Of a DNA stretch of 64,000 nucleotides, positions 47,275 through 56,879 are shown in pieces (within the stretch, counting starts at the first letter, position 1; the number at the start of each line of letters is the position of its first letter). The notes below the pieces were generated by a model. That model was given only the letters and a program-made list of their open reading frames with translations, was not told the DNA's origin and searched no databases. The translations under genes were made by a program, and so were the position numbers. The stretch covers positions 18,535 to 82,534 of the forward strand of contig CALXSR010000047.1 of the NCBI GenBank assembly GCA_944391215.1. The letters are read 5' to 3'. Source of the stretch: an uncultured Clostridia bacterium. Its GTDB lineage: Bacteria; Bacillota; Dehalobacteriia; UBA4068; CALXSR01.

Positions 47275-49069
47275 AACATTAGCTGGTTTACGTAAATCTC
47301 ATGGTTGTGGTGATTTACGAGCTACCGATGCCGGAAAACAAGTAACCATTATGGGTTGGGTGCAAAAAAGACGCGACCATGGCGGTTTGGTTTTTGTGGA
47401 TTTAAGGGATCGTTCTGGGTTGGTGCAAGTCGTATTAAATCCGGAGGGAGGCGAAGAGGCTTTCCAAAAGGCGGATAAAGTGCGGAATGAATTCGTTTTA
47501 GCTGTGGTTGGTACTGTTTGTCAAAGACCGGAAGGCACGGTAAATGTTAATTTGCCTACTGGGGAAATTGAAGTAAAAGCTAGCGAAATGCGTATTTTAA
47601 ATAAATCAAAAACGCCTCCTTTTTATATTGAAGATAATGTAGATTGTGATGAAATTATGCGGTTGAAATATCGCTATTTAGATTTACGTCGTCCGGAAAT
47701 GCAAAAAAACTTAATTTTGCGTCATAAAGTAACCATGGCGATGCGGGAGTATTTGGATGAACATGGCTTTTTGGAAATTGAAACGCCGATGTTAGGAAGA
47801 AGTACGCCAGAAGGAGCGCGTGACTATTTGGTGCCAAGTCGGGTTCATCCCGGTGAATTTTATGCATTGCCGCAATCGCCGCAACAGTATAAACAGATTT
47901 TGATGGTATCCGGTATGGAACGTTATTTCCAAATTGCCCGCTGCTTCCGTGATGAAGATTTGCGTGCCGACCGGCAACCAGAATTTACCCAATTGGATAT
48001 TGAAATGTCCTTTATTGAGAGAGAGCAGCTTTATGAATTGATGGAAAATATGATTGCCTATATTTTCAAGAAAACTTTAGGTAGAGAAGTGAAAACACCT
48101 TTCTTGCGTTTGCCTTATGCTGAAGCGATGGGGCGCTTTGGTTCTGATAAGCCGGACTTGCGTTTTGGCATGGAATTAAAAGAAGTTACCGATATTGCCA
48201 AAGAGAGTCAGTTCCAAGTATTTGCCAGCATTGCTGCCAACGGCGGGCAAGTAAAAGGGATCAATGCCGAAGGCTGCGCCAAATATTCCCGAAAAGATAT
48301 TGATGATTTAACCAAAGTGGCCGGTATATACGGCGCTAAGGGGTTGGCTTATTTTATTGTAGAAGAAAACGGGGTAAAATCCCCAATTGCAAAATTCTTT
48401 GCTGAGGAGCAAATCAAAGAAATTTGCACTAGATTAGAAGCCAAACCGGGCGATTTGTTATTATTTGTGGCAGCAGATCCTTATACTGTGGCCGATAGTT
48501 TGGGGCATTTGCGTTTGGAAATTGCAAAAAGAGAAAATTTACAGGACCCAGACGAATTGAACTTCTTATGGGTAACCGATTTCCCCTTATTTGAGTTTAG
48601 CAAAGAAGAAAATCGCTGGACTGCTATGCACCATCCTTTTACCTCGCCGCGTGATGAAGATTTACCCTATATGGATACGGATCCGGGTAGAGTAATTGCC
48701 AAGGCTTATGATATGGTATTAAACGGGGTAGAATTAGGCGGCGGAAGTATTCGTATTTTTAATCGTGATGTCCAGGAAAAAATGTTCTCCGTCTTGGGGA
48801 TTGGTAAAGAAGAAAGTCAAGAGAAATTTGGTTTTATGTTAGAAGCTTTTGAATATGGTACTCCTCCACACGGCGGAATTGCCTTTGGGCTTGACCGTAT
48901 GATTATGTTAATGAATCATAGAGATAGTATTCGCGACGTAATTGCCTTCCCCAAAACGCAAAGCGCTGCCGATATGATGACGCAGGCGCCAGGCGAAGTG
49001 GATGCAAAACAACTGAAAGAATTGTCGATTCAAACTGTGGTCCCCGATATGGATAAAAATAAAAAATAA
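47267..49069 (+). CDS. aspS: Aspartate--tRNA ligase (bacterial type with GAD insertion)
   Basis: N-terminal OB fold, [18 protein letters not shown], and GGGSIRI...HGG motif 3. It overlaps the hisS stop by 8 nt. Confidence 0.96.
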   Translation: MSETLAGLRKSHGCGDLRATDAGKQVTIMGWVQKRRDHGGLVFVDLRDRSGLVQVVLNPEGGEEAFQKADKVRNEFVLAVVGTVCQRPEGTVNVNLPTGEIEVKASEMRILNKSKTPPFYIEDNVDCDEIMRLKYRYLDLRRPEMQKNLILRHKVTMAMREYLDEHGFLEIETPMLGRSTPEGARDYLVPSRVHPGEFYALPQSPQQYKQILMVSGMERYFQIARCFRDEDLRADRQPEFTQLDIEMSFIEREQLYELMENMIAYIFKKTLGREVKTPFLRLPYAEAMGRFGSDKPDLRFGMELKEVTDIAKESQFQVFASIAANGGQVKGINAEGCAKYSRKDIDDLTKVAGIYGAKGLAYFIVEENGVKSPIAKFFAEEQIKEICTRLEAKPGDLLLFVAADPYTVADSLGHLRLEIAKRENLQDPDELNFLWVTDFPLFEFSKEENRWTAMHHPFTSPRDEDLPYMDTDPGRVIAKAYDMVLNGVELGGGSIRIFNRDVQEKMFSVLGIGKEESQEKFGFMLEAFEYGTPPHGGIAFGLDRMIMLMNHRDSIRDVIAFPKTQSAADMMTQAPGEVDAKQLKELSIQTVVPDMDKNKK

Positions 49070-49113
49070 TTTTATTTATTCAGGGGATTTGTAAATATTA
49101 CCGCTTTTATCAA

Positions 49114-49143
49114 TTGTCAAATAGCTTTGTCATATGATAGAAT
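49114..49143 (+). promoter_or_regulatory. Strong sigmaA-like promoter TTGTCA-18-TGaTAGAAT
   Basis: -35 TTGTCA at 49114-49119, TG at 49135-49136, -10 TAGAAT at 49138-49143. Confidence 0.55.
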
Positions 49144-49149
49144 AGGTTT

Positions 49150-49331
49150 AACGAAAACCCTGCGATGTTTGTAGAACCGGTACGTTTTGATCCAACACCT
49201 TATAAAACGGGAATCTTAGTTCCATCGGCAGACCGAAAGCCTCTTTTGTGTGGACTCGGAAAACCGGAGGGCGGATACCCACCTGCGAGAGCAGGTTCAA
49301 AACAACCGACTACGGCAAAGTGGGGTTTTTA
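49150..49331 (+). ncRNA. ssrS: Candidate 6S RNA (SsrS-like), about 180 nt
   Basis: Starts about 7 nt after the promoter. The 5' segment AAAACCC...GUAG..CGGU..GUUUUGA pairs with the 3' segment UCAAAAC..ACCG..CUAC...GGGGUUUU to form a long interrupted closing helix. Internal hairpins include CCUGC-GAGA-GCAGG. It ends in a U-run at 49326-49330. The track ORF 49165-49380 has no SD and looks non-coding. Confidence 0.6.
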
Positions 49332-49369
49332 TATGCCTTGGGGAAAATGGATAAAGGAGTTCGGATTTT

Positions 49370-50095
49370 ATGAAGGATAAGCTTATTGTGGCTTTGGATG
49401 TGCCTAGCAGGCAACAGGCTTTGCATTTTGTAGATATCTTACGTGATGAAGTAGGTTGCTTTAAGATCGGCATGCAGTTATATAATAGTGAAGGACCGGA
49501 TATTGTTCGTGATATTCAAACTTTGGGCGGTCGGGTTTTTGTGGATTTGAAATTTCATGATATCCCAAATACTGTAGCACAAACTACTAAAATTATTACG
49601 CAACGGCAAGCTTATATGTTTAGCCTACATGCCAGTGGTGGTTTTAATATGATGCAGGTTTGTGCGCAAGCTGCGCAAGAGGCTGCGATTGAGTATCATG
49701 TACCCAAGCCAATGGCATTGGCGGTTACGGTTTTAACAAGTATGAGTCAAAAAGTTTTCGAAGAAGAAATGGGAATTAAAAAACCGATTGTGGAACAGGT
49801 CGTTTATTGGGCGCAGTTAGCACAAAAAGCAGGGGTAGACGGTGTGGTAGCTTCTCCACAGGAAATTACGGCTATCCGGCAAGCAGTAGGGGATGATTTT
49901 GCTATTGTAACCCCAGGGGTGCGGCCTTTGTGGGCGGCAAGTAATGATCAGGAGCGAATTATGACCCCCAAAGAAGCGATAGAAAAAGGCGCGACCCATT
50001 TAGTGGTTGGCCGGCCAATTACCACCCACCGTAACCCAAAAGAAGCGGCTAGGATGATTGTAGAAGAAATGATGGCTGCTAAGAAAAACTGCTAA
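49370..50095 (+). CDS. pyrF: Orotidine 5'-phosphate decarboxylase
   Basis: LIVALD and VDLKFHDIPNTV motifs, plus the GRPI phosphate-binding tail. Confidence 0.93.
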   Translation: MKDKLIVALDVPSRQQALHFVDILRDEVGCFKIGMQLYNSEGPDIVRDIQTLGGRVFVDLKFHDIPNTVAQTTKIITQRQAYMFSLHASGGFNMMQVCAQAAQEAAIEYHVPKPMALAVTVLTSMSQKVFEEEMGIKKPIVEQVVYWAQLAQKAGVDGVVASPQEITAIRQAVGDDFAIVTPGVRPLWAASNDQERIMTPKEAIEKGATHLVVGRPITTHRNPKEAARMIVEEMMAAKKNC

Positions 50096-50110
50096 AATAT
50101 AAAGTACATA

Positions 50111-50142
50111 AAAAAACCGCTCAATAGAGCGGTTTTATTTTT
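50111..50142. terminator. Bidirectional terminator between pyrF and rqcH
   Basis: Stem AAAACCGCTC / GAGCGGTTTT, loop AATA, with A-run and T-run flanks. Confidence 0.85.
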
Positions 50143-51904
50143 AATCGTTGGTATTGGGAAGCGCCGGTTTCACATAAATAGTTTTATTTTGAAAGTATAT
50201 GACCATGCCAGGTTTGGCTCCGGCCGGTTTTTTAACTTGCTTTATTGTCGTGTAGTCCACCGGAACTTGGTTGGATTGTCGCGCTTTGCTATGATAAGCG
50301 GCAATCGCGGCAGCCTGTTCAATGATTTCAATTGGTACTTTCTGGCGATCTGGGTTCCTGATGATAACATGACTGCCAGGGATATTTTTAGTATGCAACC
50401 AAATATCTTCTTTCGCGGCTAACTTTAGTGTTAACTGATCATTTTGTTTATGATTTCTACCCACTAATATGGTATAACCGTCAGCAAGTTGATAACAGTA
50501 AGGCGGTAATTGTTCCTCTTTATTGACTTTTTGTTTTTTGCCGGAAGATTTTAAAAGCTCTTGCTCTACCAATTCTTGATGGATGGGTTGTAAATCTATT
50601 ACAGTTTCTGCTCTTTCTAAGGCGTCTTCTAGTTCTTCTAAATAAAAATAATCTTTTTCGTTTTGTTCCACTTGTTTACTAAGTACCTTTTCAGTATTTT
50701 TACTTTTATTGTAGCGATGAAAGAAAAACTGGATATTTTGCTGTATTGTTTTTTGCGGGTTTAGGTAAATTTCTATCATTTTACCCGCTTCATAAAAACT
50801 TTCTAAAGTGATACTTTGCATACCGGGTTGTAATAAATGACGATAAGTAGTTAATAATTGACCTTTTTCTAAATAACTTTCACCATTTTTGGCATCTTGT
50901 AATTCTTTTCTTTGTAAGGATAATTTTTTATCCATTTTGTCTTTTTTTTCTTTCACAATTTTTAGCAAGGAACCGCGCTTGGCTAAAAAAGAATTTTGCT
51001 CGCTTTTAGCGGTATAAAAAAGGTCTAATGTTTGTAATACAGAGCTTTGTAATCTATATTTCTCGCCTTCTGATGGGTTTTTAACGGGCCAAACAGTGTA
51101 ATCACATAATTCCCCTTGTTGATAGAAAAAATAAGGCTTTAAAAGGTTTTCTTGTTTCGCTTGTTTTATCTCTTGCAGTTCCTGCCAAAGACGGTTACAT
51201 TCATATTGACCGAGGTCATCTATGGCGATATCGGCGGCTAATCCGGCATTTTGTACGATTGTTTTTGTTAAAGTTGGGGAAAATCCGGCTAGCTGTAGCC
51301 CGAGCGCTTTTACTACCGGCAGATTGGTATCATATTGCAATAAATCGTTTTGCCATGTTTCTTGCTCAATCTCTTCTAAGTAGGCTTTTTGTTGCGGCGG
51401 TGGGGGTAAGTAGATTTTGCCCGGCAAAACTTCGCGATAGCGGGAAAGTGCATGGCTATAGCGGTGGATTCCGTCTAAAATAATTCTTTGTTTGTTTTCC
51501 TTTTTAAGTAAAAGAATATTACTATGTTTGCCCATAATTTCTATTACCAAATAAAGACGCATGGGATCGCCAATCTCATTGCGACTATCGATGGTAATTT
51601 CGGCGATTCGTTCCCACGGCAACTGTTCCATCCTAATTATTTTCCCATTTTCCAAATATTTCCGGAGAATTTGGCAAAAAACTGGTGGTTGTTGCGGATT
51701 GGTAAAATGGTTTTTTGTAATTTGAAAACGCGCTTGCTGGGGATGAGCAGATAAAAAAAGGGTAACCTGTTCGTTGCTAAGCGTGTTTAGACGGAATAAA
51801 ATGGTATTTCTATCCGGTTCCTGTATTTTTAAAATACGGCTGTTTAAGCATTGTTTTTTTGCTTCTGTAAGACTAGCCGTTAAGAATAAGCTATCAAAGG
51901 CCAT
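50141..51904 (-). CDS. rqcH: NFACT-family ribosome quality control protein RqcH (FbpA-like)
   Basis: NFACT-N start (FDSLFL...), a coiled-coil middle, and a C-terminal NFACT-R region (IWLHTKNIPGSHVII). ATG 51904 follows AAAGGTGG; the upstream TTG 51931 was rejected. Confidence 0.85.
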   Translation of the reverse strand: MAFDSLFLTASLTEAKKQCLNSRILKIQEPDRNTILFRLNTLSNEQVTLFLSAHPQQARFQITKNHFTNPQQPPVFCQILRKYLENGKIIRMEQLPWERIAEITIDSRNEIGDPMRLYLVIEIMGKHSNILLLKKENKQRIILDGIHRYSHALSRYREVLPGKIYLPPPPQQKAYLEEIEQETWQNDLLQYDTNLPVVKALGLQLAGFSPTLTKTIVQNAGLAADIAIDDLGQYECNRLWQELQEIKQAKQENLLKPYFFYQQGELCDYTVWPVKNPSEGEKYRLQSSVLQTLDLFYTAKSEQNSFLAKRGSLLKIVKEKKDKMDKKLSLQRKELQDAKNGESYLEKGQLLTTYRHLLQPGMQSITLESFYEAGKMIEIYLNPQKTIQQNIQFFFHRYNKSKNTEKVLSKQVEQNEKDYFYLEELEDALERAETVIDLQPIHQELVEQELLKSSGKKQKVNKEEQLPPYCYQLADGYTILVGRNHKQNDQLTLKLAAKEDIWLHTKNIPGSHVIIRNPDRQKVPIEIIEQAAAIAAYHSKARQSNQVPVDYTTIKQVKKPAGAKPGMVIYFQNKTIYVKPALPNTND

Positions 51905-52036
51905 TTTTCTGCCACCTTTCTGATAAAACAAAGTATAACATAAAAATGCGCTTTAAAAAAGTGCAGTATAAAAAGGATTTTCTTTGAGAGAGGAGAATAG
52001 TTAGGAAGATAAATATGAAAAAAGGAGATGAATTTT

Positions 52037-52912
52037 TTGAGGAGTATGACTGGCTTTGGCCAGGGAGAAGCAGAAAATGAACGATATAAAATTACCGTTG
52101 AAATGAAATCAGTGAATCATCGTTTTTTAGAGATAAATGCCAGAATGCCGCGGCAAATTTTAAGTTTGGAAGAAAATGTCAAAAAAATGATTCAAAGCCG
52201 TTTAGCAAGGGGAAGAATAGACCTTTTTATCAATTTAGAAGAGAATTCTGACGAAAAAACCTTGATAAAGGTTGACAAAACGCTTGCTATGGCGTATTAT
52301 AAATCACTAGAAAGCCTAGCTGAGGCCTGTGGGCTTGCTACCGATATGAACTTACAGCAAATTGCTTCTTTTCCCGGCGTTTTAACAGTAGAAAAAAATC
52401 CGGATGATCTAGATAGTATTTTGCTTCTGTTACAGGAAGCATTAAGACAGGCGTTGGACCGGTTAATTGCAATGCGTGAAGCGGAAGGCGCCAAACTTTC
52501 GGCAGATATTGCGTTAAAATGTCAGGAAATTAAAAAAGCCGTGGATAAAATCAACGAAGTTTGCCCTAAGGTTGTGGAGGATTATAGGCAGAAATTAACG
52601 GAGCGTATTAACGATCTTTCTGACAACCTGGAAATAGATCCGGCGCGTATTGCAATGGAAGTGGCAATTTTTGCGGAACGTAGTGCAATTGATGAAGAAA
52701 TTACTCGCTTGTATAGCCATTTAGCACAAATGGCGCAGTCTTGTATGGCTTCGGAGGTAATCGGCCGCAAATTAGATTTTATTTTGCAGGAAATGAATCG
52801 AGAAATCAATACCATCGGTTCAAAAGCAACGGCGTTAGCAATTCACGATGTGGTAATTGAGGTAAAAAGCCTCTTAGAAAAAATCAGGGAACAAATACAA
52901 AATATAGAATAA
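52037..52912 (+). CDS. yicC: YicC-family protein (UPF0701)
   Basis: RSMTGFGQGE N-terminus plus a C-terminal DUF1732-like region (REINTIGSKA). TTG 52037 lies 9 nt after GGAG; the track ATG 52028 abuts the SD. Confidence 0.85.
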   Translation: MRSMTGFGQGEAENERYKITVEMKSVNHRFLEINARMPRQILSLEENVKKMIQSRLARGRIDLFINLEENSDEKTLIKVDKTLAMAYYKSLESLAEACGLATDMNLQQIASFPGVLTVEKNPDDLDSILLLLQEALRQALDRLIAMREAEGAKLSADIALKCQEIKKAVDKINEVCPKVVEDYRQKLTERINDLSDNLEIDPARIAMEVAIFAERSAIDEEITRLYSHLAQMAQSCMASEVIGRKLDFILQEMNREINTIGSKATALAIHDVVIEVKSLLEKIREQIQNIE

Positions 52913-52932
52913 TAATGGGGGTGCTTCTAAAA

Positions 52933-53241
52933 ATGGTAATTCCAAAATTAAGTACTGAAGAAAGAGCAAAAGCATTACAAAAAGCGCAACAAATTCGTAG
53001 TCAACGTATGGAAGCAAGAAAAGCTTTGAAAGCTGGTAAACTTACTTTGCAAGAAGTATTGGATGGCGAAGATAATGAAGTATATTCCAAAATGCGGGTA
53101 AAATATTTATTGGAATCCTTGCCGCAAGTTGGTAAAATTACCGCCCAAAAAATTATGGAAGAAATCGGCATCGATGAAGCTCGTCGTGTGCAAGGTTTGG
53201 GTAAAAGACAAAAAGCGCAATTATTAGAAAAACTTTCTTAA
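52933..53241 (+). CDS. mIHF/sIHF-like nucleoid-associated DNA-binding protein (actinobacterial integration host factor type)
   Basis: 102 aa. PKLSTEERAKALQKAQQIR...LTLQEVLDG...MRVKYLLESLPQVGKITAQKIMEEIGIDEARRVQGLGKRQ resembles actinobacterial mIHF/sIHF (from memory). It lies upstream of gmk, with remA intervening; in actinobacteria mihF sits directly before gmk. Confidence 0.7.
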   Translation: MVIPKLSTEERAKALQKAQQIRSQRMEARKALKAGKLTLQEVLDGEDNEVYSKMRVKYLLESLPQVGKITAQKIMEEIGIDEARRVQGLGKRQKAQLLEKLS

Positions 53242-53280
53242 TCAACAGCATTTCGCCGAAAATCAAGGAGGCTAGGAATC

Positions 53281-53541
53281 GTGGGCATTAAGCTTATCAA
53301 TATTGGCTTTGGCAATATTGTTTCTGCAAACAGGGTGATTGCGATTGTTAGCCCTGAATCTTCTCCCATTAAAAGGATGATTCAGGAAGCGAGAGAAAAA
53401 GGCCTTTTGGTAGACGCAACCTATGGCCGTAGGACGAGGGCCGTAATTGTAACGGACAGCTGTCATGTAATACTTTGTGCAGTGCAGCCAGAAACAGTGG
53501 CGCATCGTTTTATTACCATGAAAGAGGAACCTGAGGAATAG
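53281..53541 (+). CDS. remA: RemA-family (DUF370) regulatory protein
   Basis: [53 protein letters not shown] is the RemA/YlzA pattern. GTG start 9 nt after AAGGAGG. Confidence 0.85.
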   Translation: MGIKLINIGFGNIVSANRVIAIVSPESSPIKRMIQEAREKGLLVDATYGRRTRAVIVTDSCHVILCAVQPETVAHRFITMKEEPEE

Positions 53542-53556
53542 GAGCGTTTTGATAGT

Positions 53557-54141
53557 ATGGCACAAGGACTACTCTTGGTAATTTCCGGTCCTTCTGGAGT
53601 AGGAAAAGGGACCATTTGTAAAGCACTGAGGGAAAGAAATCATGAGATAGTTTATTCTATATCGGCGACTACCCGCTTACCCCGCCCTGGAGAAGTGGAC
53701 GGGGTAAGCTATTATTTTTTATCCCCACAGGAGTTTTTAGAAGCTCTTGAAAAAGGGGATTTTTTGGAATGGGCGCAGGTTTATGGTAATTATTATGGTA
53801 CGCCGGCTTGGTTTGTGGAAGAGCAATTAGCAGTTGGTCGTAATGTTATTTTAGAAATTGATATGCAAGGCGCTATGAAAGTAAAACAAACCTATCCGCA
53901 CGGGGTATTTATTTTTGTTTTGCCTCCTTCGCAAGAAGAGTTAGCCAGAAGATTGATTGGCCGTTGCACAGACGCTAAAGATGTAATTGCCAAAAGGCTT
54001 GCTGCTTGGAAAGAGGAAATGAAAACAATTGATAACTATGATTATGCTGTGGTAAATGATGAAGTAGAATTGGCTGTAAAAAAAATAGAAGCAATTATTG
54101 AAGCGGAACGTTGCCGCGTTGCAAGAAGAAATCGGGACTGA
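53557..54141 (+). CDS. gmk: Guanylate kinase
   Basis: P-loop SGPSGVGKGT and TTR...GE.DG..Y.F motifs. Confidence 0.95.
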   Translation: MAQGLLLVISGPSGVGKGTICKALRERNHEIVYSISATTRLPRPGEVDGVSYYFLSPQEFLEALEKGDFLEWAQVYGNYYGTPAWFVEEQLAVGRNVILEIDMQGAMKVKQTYPHGVFIFVLPPSQEELARRLIGRCTDAKDVIAKRLAAWKEEMKTIDNYDYAVVNDEVELAVKKIEAIIEAERCRVARRNRD

Positions 54142-54181
54142 GCGGCATAGAATATATGGTAAAGATAGAGGGGGGTTTTGT

Positions 54182-54388
54182 TTGAACAAACCACTTTTAA
54201 AAGATTTGGTAGATAAAGCGGATTCTAGATATACTTTGGTTGTCTTAGCTGCTAAAAGAGCGCGTCAAATCACAGAAGAAGAACCGGAACTGATGCAAGC
54301 AGGATTGGTAAATCCTGTTTCCGTTGCTTTGCAAGAAATTGCTGATGGCGAAATTACCTATGAAAGAAACAAAATCGGCATTAAATAA
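54182..54388 (+). CDS. rpoZ: DNA-directed RNA polymerase subunit omega
   Basis: 68 aa with DSRYTLVVLAAKRARQI. TTG 54182 follows AGAGGGGGG. The longer track ORF overlaps gmk and was rejected. Confidence 0.85.
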   Translation: MNKPLLKDLVDKADSRYTLVVLAAKRARQITEEEPELMQAGLVNPVSVALQEIADGEITYERNKIGIK

Positions 54389-54403
54389 TGGGGGTATGCC
54401 AAT

Positions 54404-55606
54404 ATGTTTACAGGGAAAAAAGTGACGGTTGGCATAACAGGCGGTATTGCTGCGTATAAGGCGGCGGAAATTGTAAGTTGGTTATATCAGCAAAATGCCG
54501 AAGTGCAGGCTGTCATGACCGAGGCAGCCTGTCAAATGATCGCTCCACTCACGATACAAGCTTTATGTGGCGGGAAAAAGGTAGCCACTGATTTGTTTGG
54601 TATGGATGATTGGAGCAATTCACATATTGGTGTAGTAGAAAATGCTGATTTGTTACTCGTTTTGCCGGCAACAGCAAATAGTATTGGCAAATTTGCGAGA
54701 GGGATTGCGGATGATATATTGAGTTCCGCCTATTTGGCAGCAACTTGTCCGGTACAAATTGCGCCAGCTATGAATATGCATATGTTTGCCCATCCGGCGG
54801 TACAGGAAAATTTGGCGATCCTAAGAAAACGAGGCTGTGCTATCATAGAGCCTGGTGTGGGCCGTTTGGCTTGCGGCGATGTGGGACAAGGCCGATTGGC
54901 AGATATCGATTGTATTAAAGAGGCTGTGAAGGGTATTCTTTTACCAAAACAAGATTTATGGAAAAAGAAAGTATTAATTACAGCAGGGCCAACAAGAGAA
55001 CCGCTTGATCCGGTGCGTTATATTTCAAATTATTCCAGCGGCAAAATGGGGTATGCTTTGGCGGAAGCTGCACAAAAAAGGGGAGCACAAGTTACCTTAA
55101 TTAGCGGTCCTGTTCAGTTACAAGTTCCGCAAGGAGTAAATAGGATTGAAGTGGTCACCGCTGCAGAAATGGCGCAAGCTGCGTTGGCTGCTTTTGCTGA
55201 AACTGATTTGGTTATTGCAGCAGCAGCGGTAGCAGATTTTAGGGTAGCGCAAATTGCGGAGCAAAAAGTAAAAAAAGAAAAAGATACAGGATGGGATTTA
55301 CATCTTGTTTGTAATACAGATATTTTGGCAACTTTAGGGAGCAAAAAAAATAAACAAATTTTGGTTGGTTTTGCTGCCGAAAGTGAGAATTTATTGGCCA
55401 ATGCACAAGAAAAAATGCGCAAAAAAAACTTGGATATGATTGTGGCAAATGATATTCTGAAACCCGGGGCAGGATTTGAGGTGGATACCAATATCATTAC
55501 TATTTTGCAAAAAGATGGTTCTTGGCAATCTTATGATAAAATGAGCAAAAAAGCAGCGGCGGATTTGATTTTGGATGCGGCGCAAAAAATATTGGCTGAG
55601 CAGTAG
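54404..55606 (+). CDS. coaBC: Bifunctional phosphopantothenoylcysteine decarboxylase / phosphopantothenate--cysteine ligase
   Basis: Flavoprotein N-terminus GITGGIAAYKA, PAMN, and a C-terminal DFP ligase domain (ISNYSSGKMG). Confidence 0.93.
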   Translation: MFTGKKVTVGITGGIAAYKAAEIVSWLYQQNAEVQAVMTEAACQMIAPLTIQALCGGKKVATDLFGMDDWSNSHIGVVENADLLLVLPATANSIGKFARGIADDILSSAYLAATCPVQIAPAMNMHMFAHPAVQENLAILRKRGCAIIEPGVGRLACGDVGQGRLADIDCIKEAVKGILLPKQDLWKKKVLITAGPTREPLDPVRYISNYSSGKMGYALAEAAQKRGAQVTLISGPVQLQVPQGVNRIEVVTAAEMAQAALAAFAETDLVIAAAAVADFRVAQIAEQKVKKEKDTGWDLHLVCNTDILATLGSKKNKQILVGFAAESENLLANAQEKMRKKNLDMIVANDILKPGAGFEVDTNIITILQKDGSWQSYDKMSKKAAADLILDAAQKILAEQ

Positions 55607-55630
55607 TTTGCTCAGCATAAGGAGGCAAGT

Positions 55631-56806
55631 ATGAAGAATTATTTTACTTCAGAATCGGTAACGGAAGGGCATCCAGATAAAATGGCAGACCAAATTTCCG
55701 ACCAAGTATTAGATGCTATATTAACTAATGATCCCAATGCCCGGGTAGCATGTGAAGTTTTTGTAACAACAGGGATGATTATTGTAGGTGGAGAAATTTC
55801 TACCAATTGTTATGTGGATATTGGGCAGATTGCTCGGGAAACTGTAAAAAAAATTGGTTATACGCGGGCAAAATATGGTTTTGATGCCGAAACATGCGCT
55901 GTAATCACAGCAATTGACGAACAGTCTCCAGATATTGCTTTAGGGGTGGACGCTGCATTAGAAAAAAAATGTGGTGCACAAGAAGAATCTTTGGCAATTG
56001 GCGCTGGGGATCAAGGCATGATGTTTGGCTATGCTTGCGATGATACCCCGGAATATATGCCTTTACCGATTAGTTTAGCGCATGCCTTAACGAGAAAATT
56101 GGCTATAGTGCGTAAAGAGGCCGTACTACCCTATTTGCGGCCGGATGGGAAAGCACAGGTAACAGTGGCTTATGAAGAGGATAAACCGGTACATATTGAT
56201 ACGGTAATTGTTTCCACCCAACATGATAGTGAAGTGGATTTGGAGCAATTGAGAAAAGATATTATTGAGAAAGTCATTAAACCGGTTATGCCCGCTAATA
56301 TGATTGATGAAAAAACCCGTTATTTGATTAATCCAACTGGACGTTTTGTAGTAGGCGGCCCGCAAGGGGATACCGGATTAACCGGCAGAAAAATTATTGT
56401 GGATACTTATGGTGGGATGGCCCGCCATGGCGGCGGCTGTTTTTCGGGAAAAGATGCCACAAAAGTTGATAGAAGCGCCAGTTATATGTGTCGGTACATT
56501 GCTAAAAATTTGGTGGCTGCCAGACTGGCAAAAAAATGCGAACTACAGGTGGCCTATGCAATTGGGGTGGCAGAACCGGTTTCTGTACGGGTAGATACTT
56601 TTGGAACCGGGGTGTTGCCGGAAGAAAAATTATCAGAAGTTGTTCGGCGAAATTTTGATTTACGGCCGGCTGCTATCATTAAAAAACTGGACTTAAGAAG
56701 ACCTATTTATGCGCAAGTGGCGGCTTACGGGCATTTTGGCCGACCAGATTTGGATTTGCCTTGGGAAAAATTGGACATGGTTCCGGTTTTGCAAAAAGAA
56801 ATTTAA
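55631..56806 (+). CDS. metK: S-adenosylmethionine synthase
   Basis: [26 protein letters not shown] and GGGAFSGKD-like (GGGCFSGKD) signatures. Confidence 0.97.
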   Translation: MKNYFTSESVTEGHPDKMADQISDQVLDAILTNDPNARVACEVFVTTGMIIVGGEISTNCYVDIGQIARETVKKIGYTRAKYGFDAETCAVITAIDEQSPDIALGVDAALEKKCGAQEESLAIGAGDQGMMFGYACDDTPEYMPLPISLAHALTRKLAIVRKEAVLPYLRPDGKAQVTVAYEEDKPVHIDTVIVSTQHDSEVDLEQLRKDIIEKVIKPVMPANMIDEKTRYLINPTGRFVVGGPQGDTGLTGRKIIVDTYGGMARHGGGCFSGKDATKVDRSASYMCRYIAKNLVAARLAKKCELQVAYAIGVAEPVSVRVDTFGTGVLPEEKLSEVVRRNFDLRPAAIIKKLDLRRPIYAQVAAYGHFGRPDLDLPWEKLDMVPVLQKEI

Positions 56807-56829
56807 AAAGAAAAATGCATATACTGATG

Positions 56830-56861
56830 ATAGGAAAGTCTCTGAGGGCTTTCCTATTTTG
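56830..56861 (+). terminator. Rho-independent terminator after metK
   Basis: Stem TAGGAAAG / CTTTCCTA followed by TTTT. Confidence 0.7.
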
Positions 56862-56879
56862 TCCATAGGAGATGACGAG

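Noticed and set aside
49165-49380. A 71-aa track ORF in the aspS-pyrF intergenic region.
   Set aside because: It has no SD before its ATG and overlaps the pyrF start. The region is better explained by a promoter plus a structured ~180-nt 6S-like RNA.
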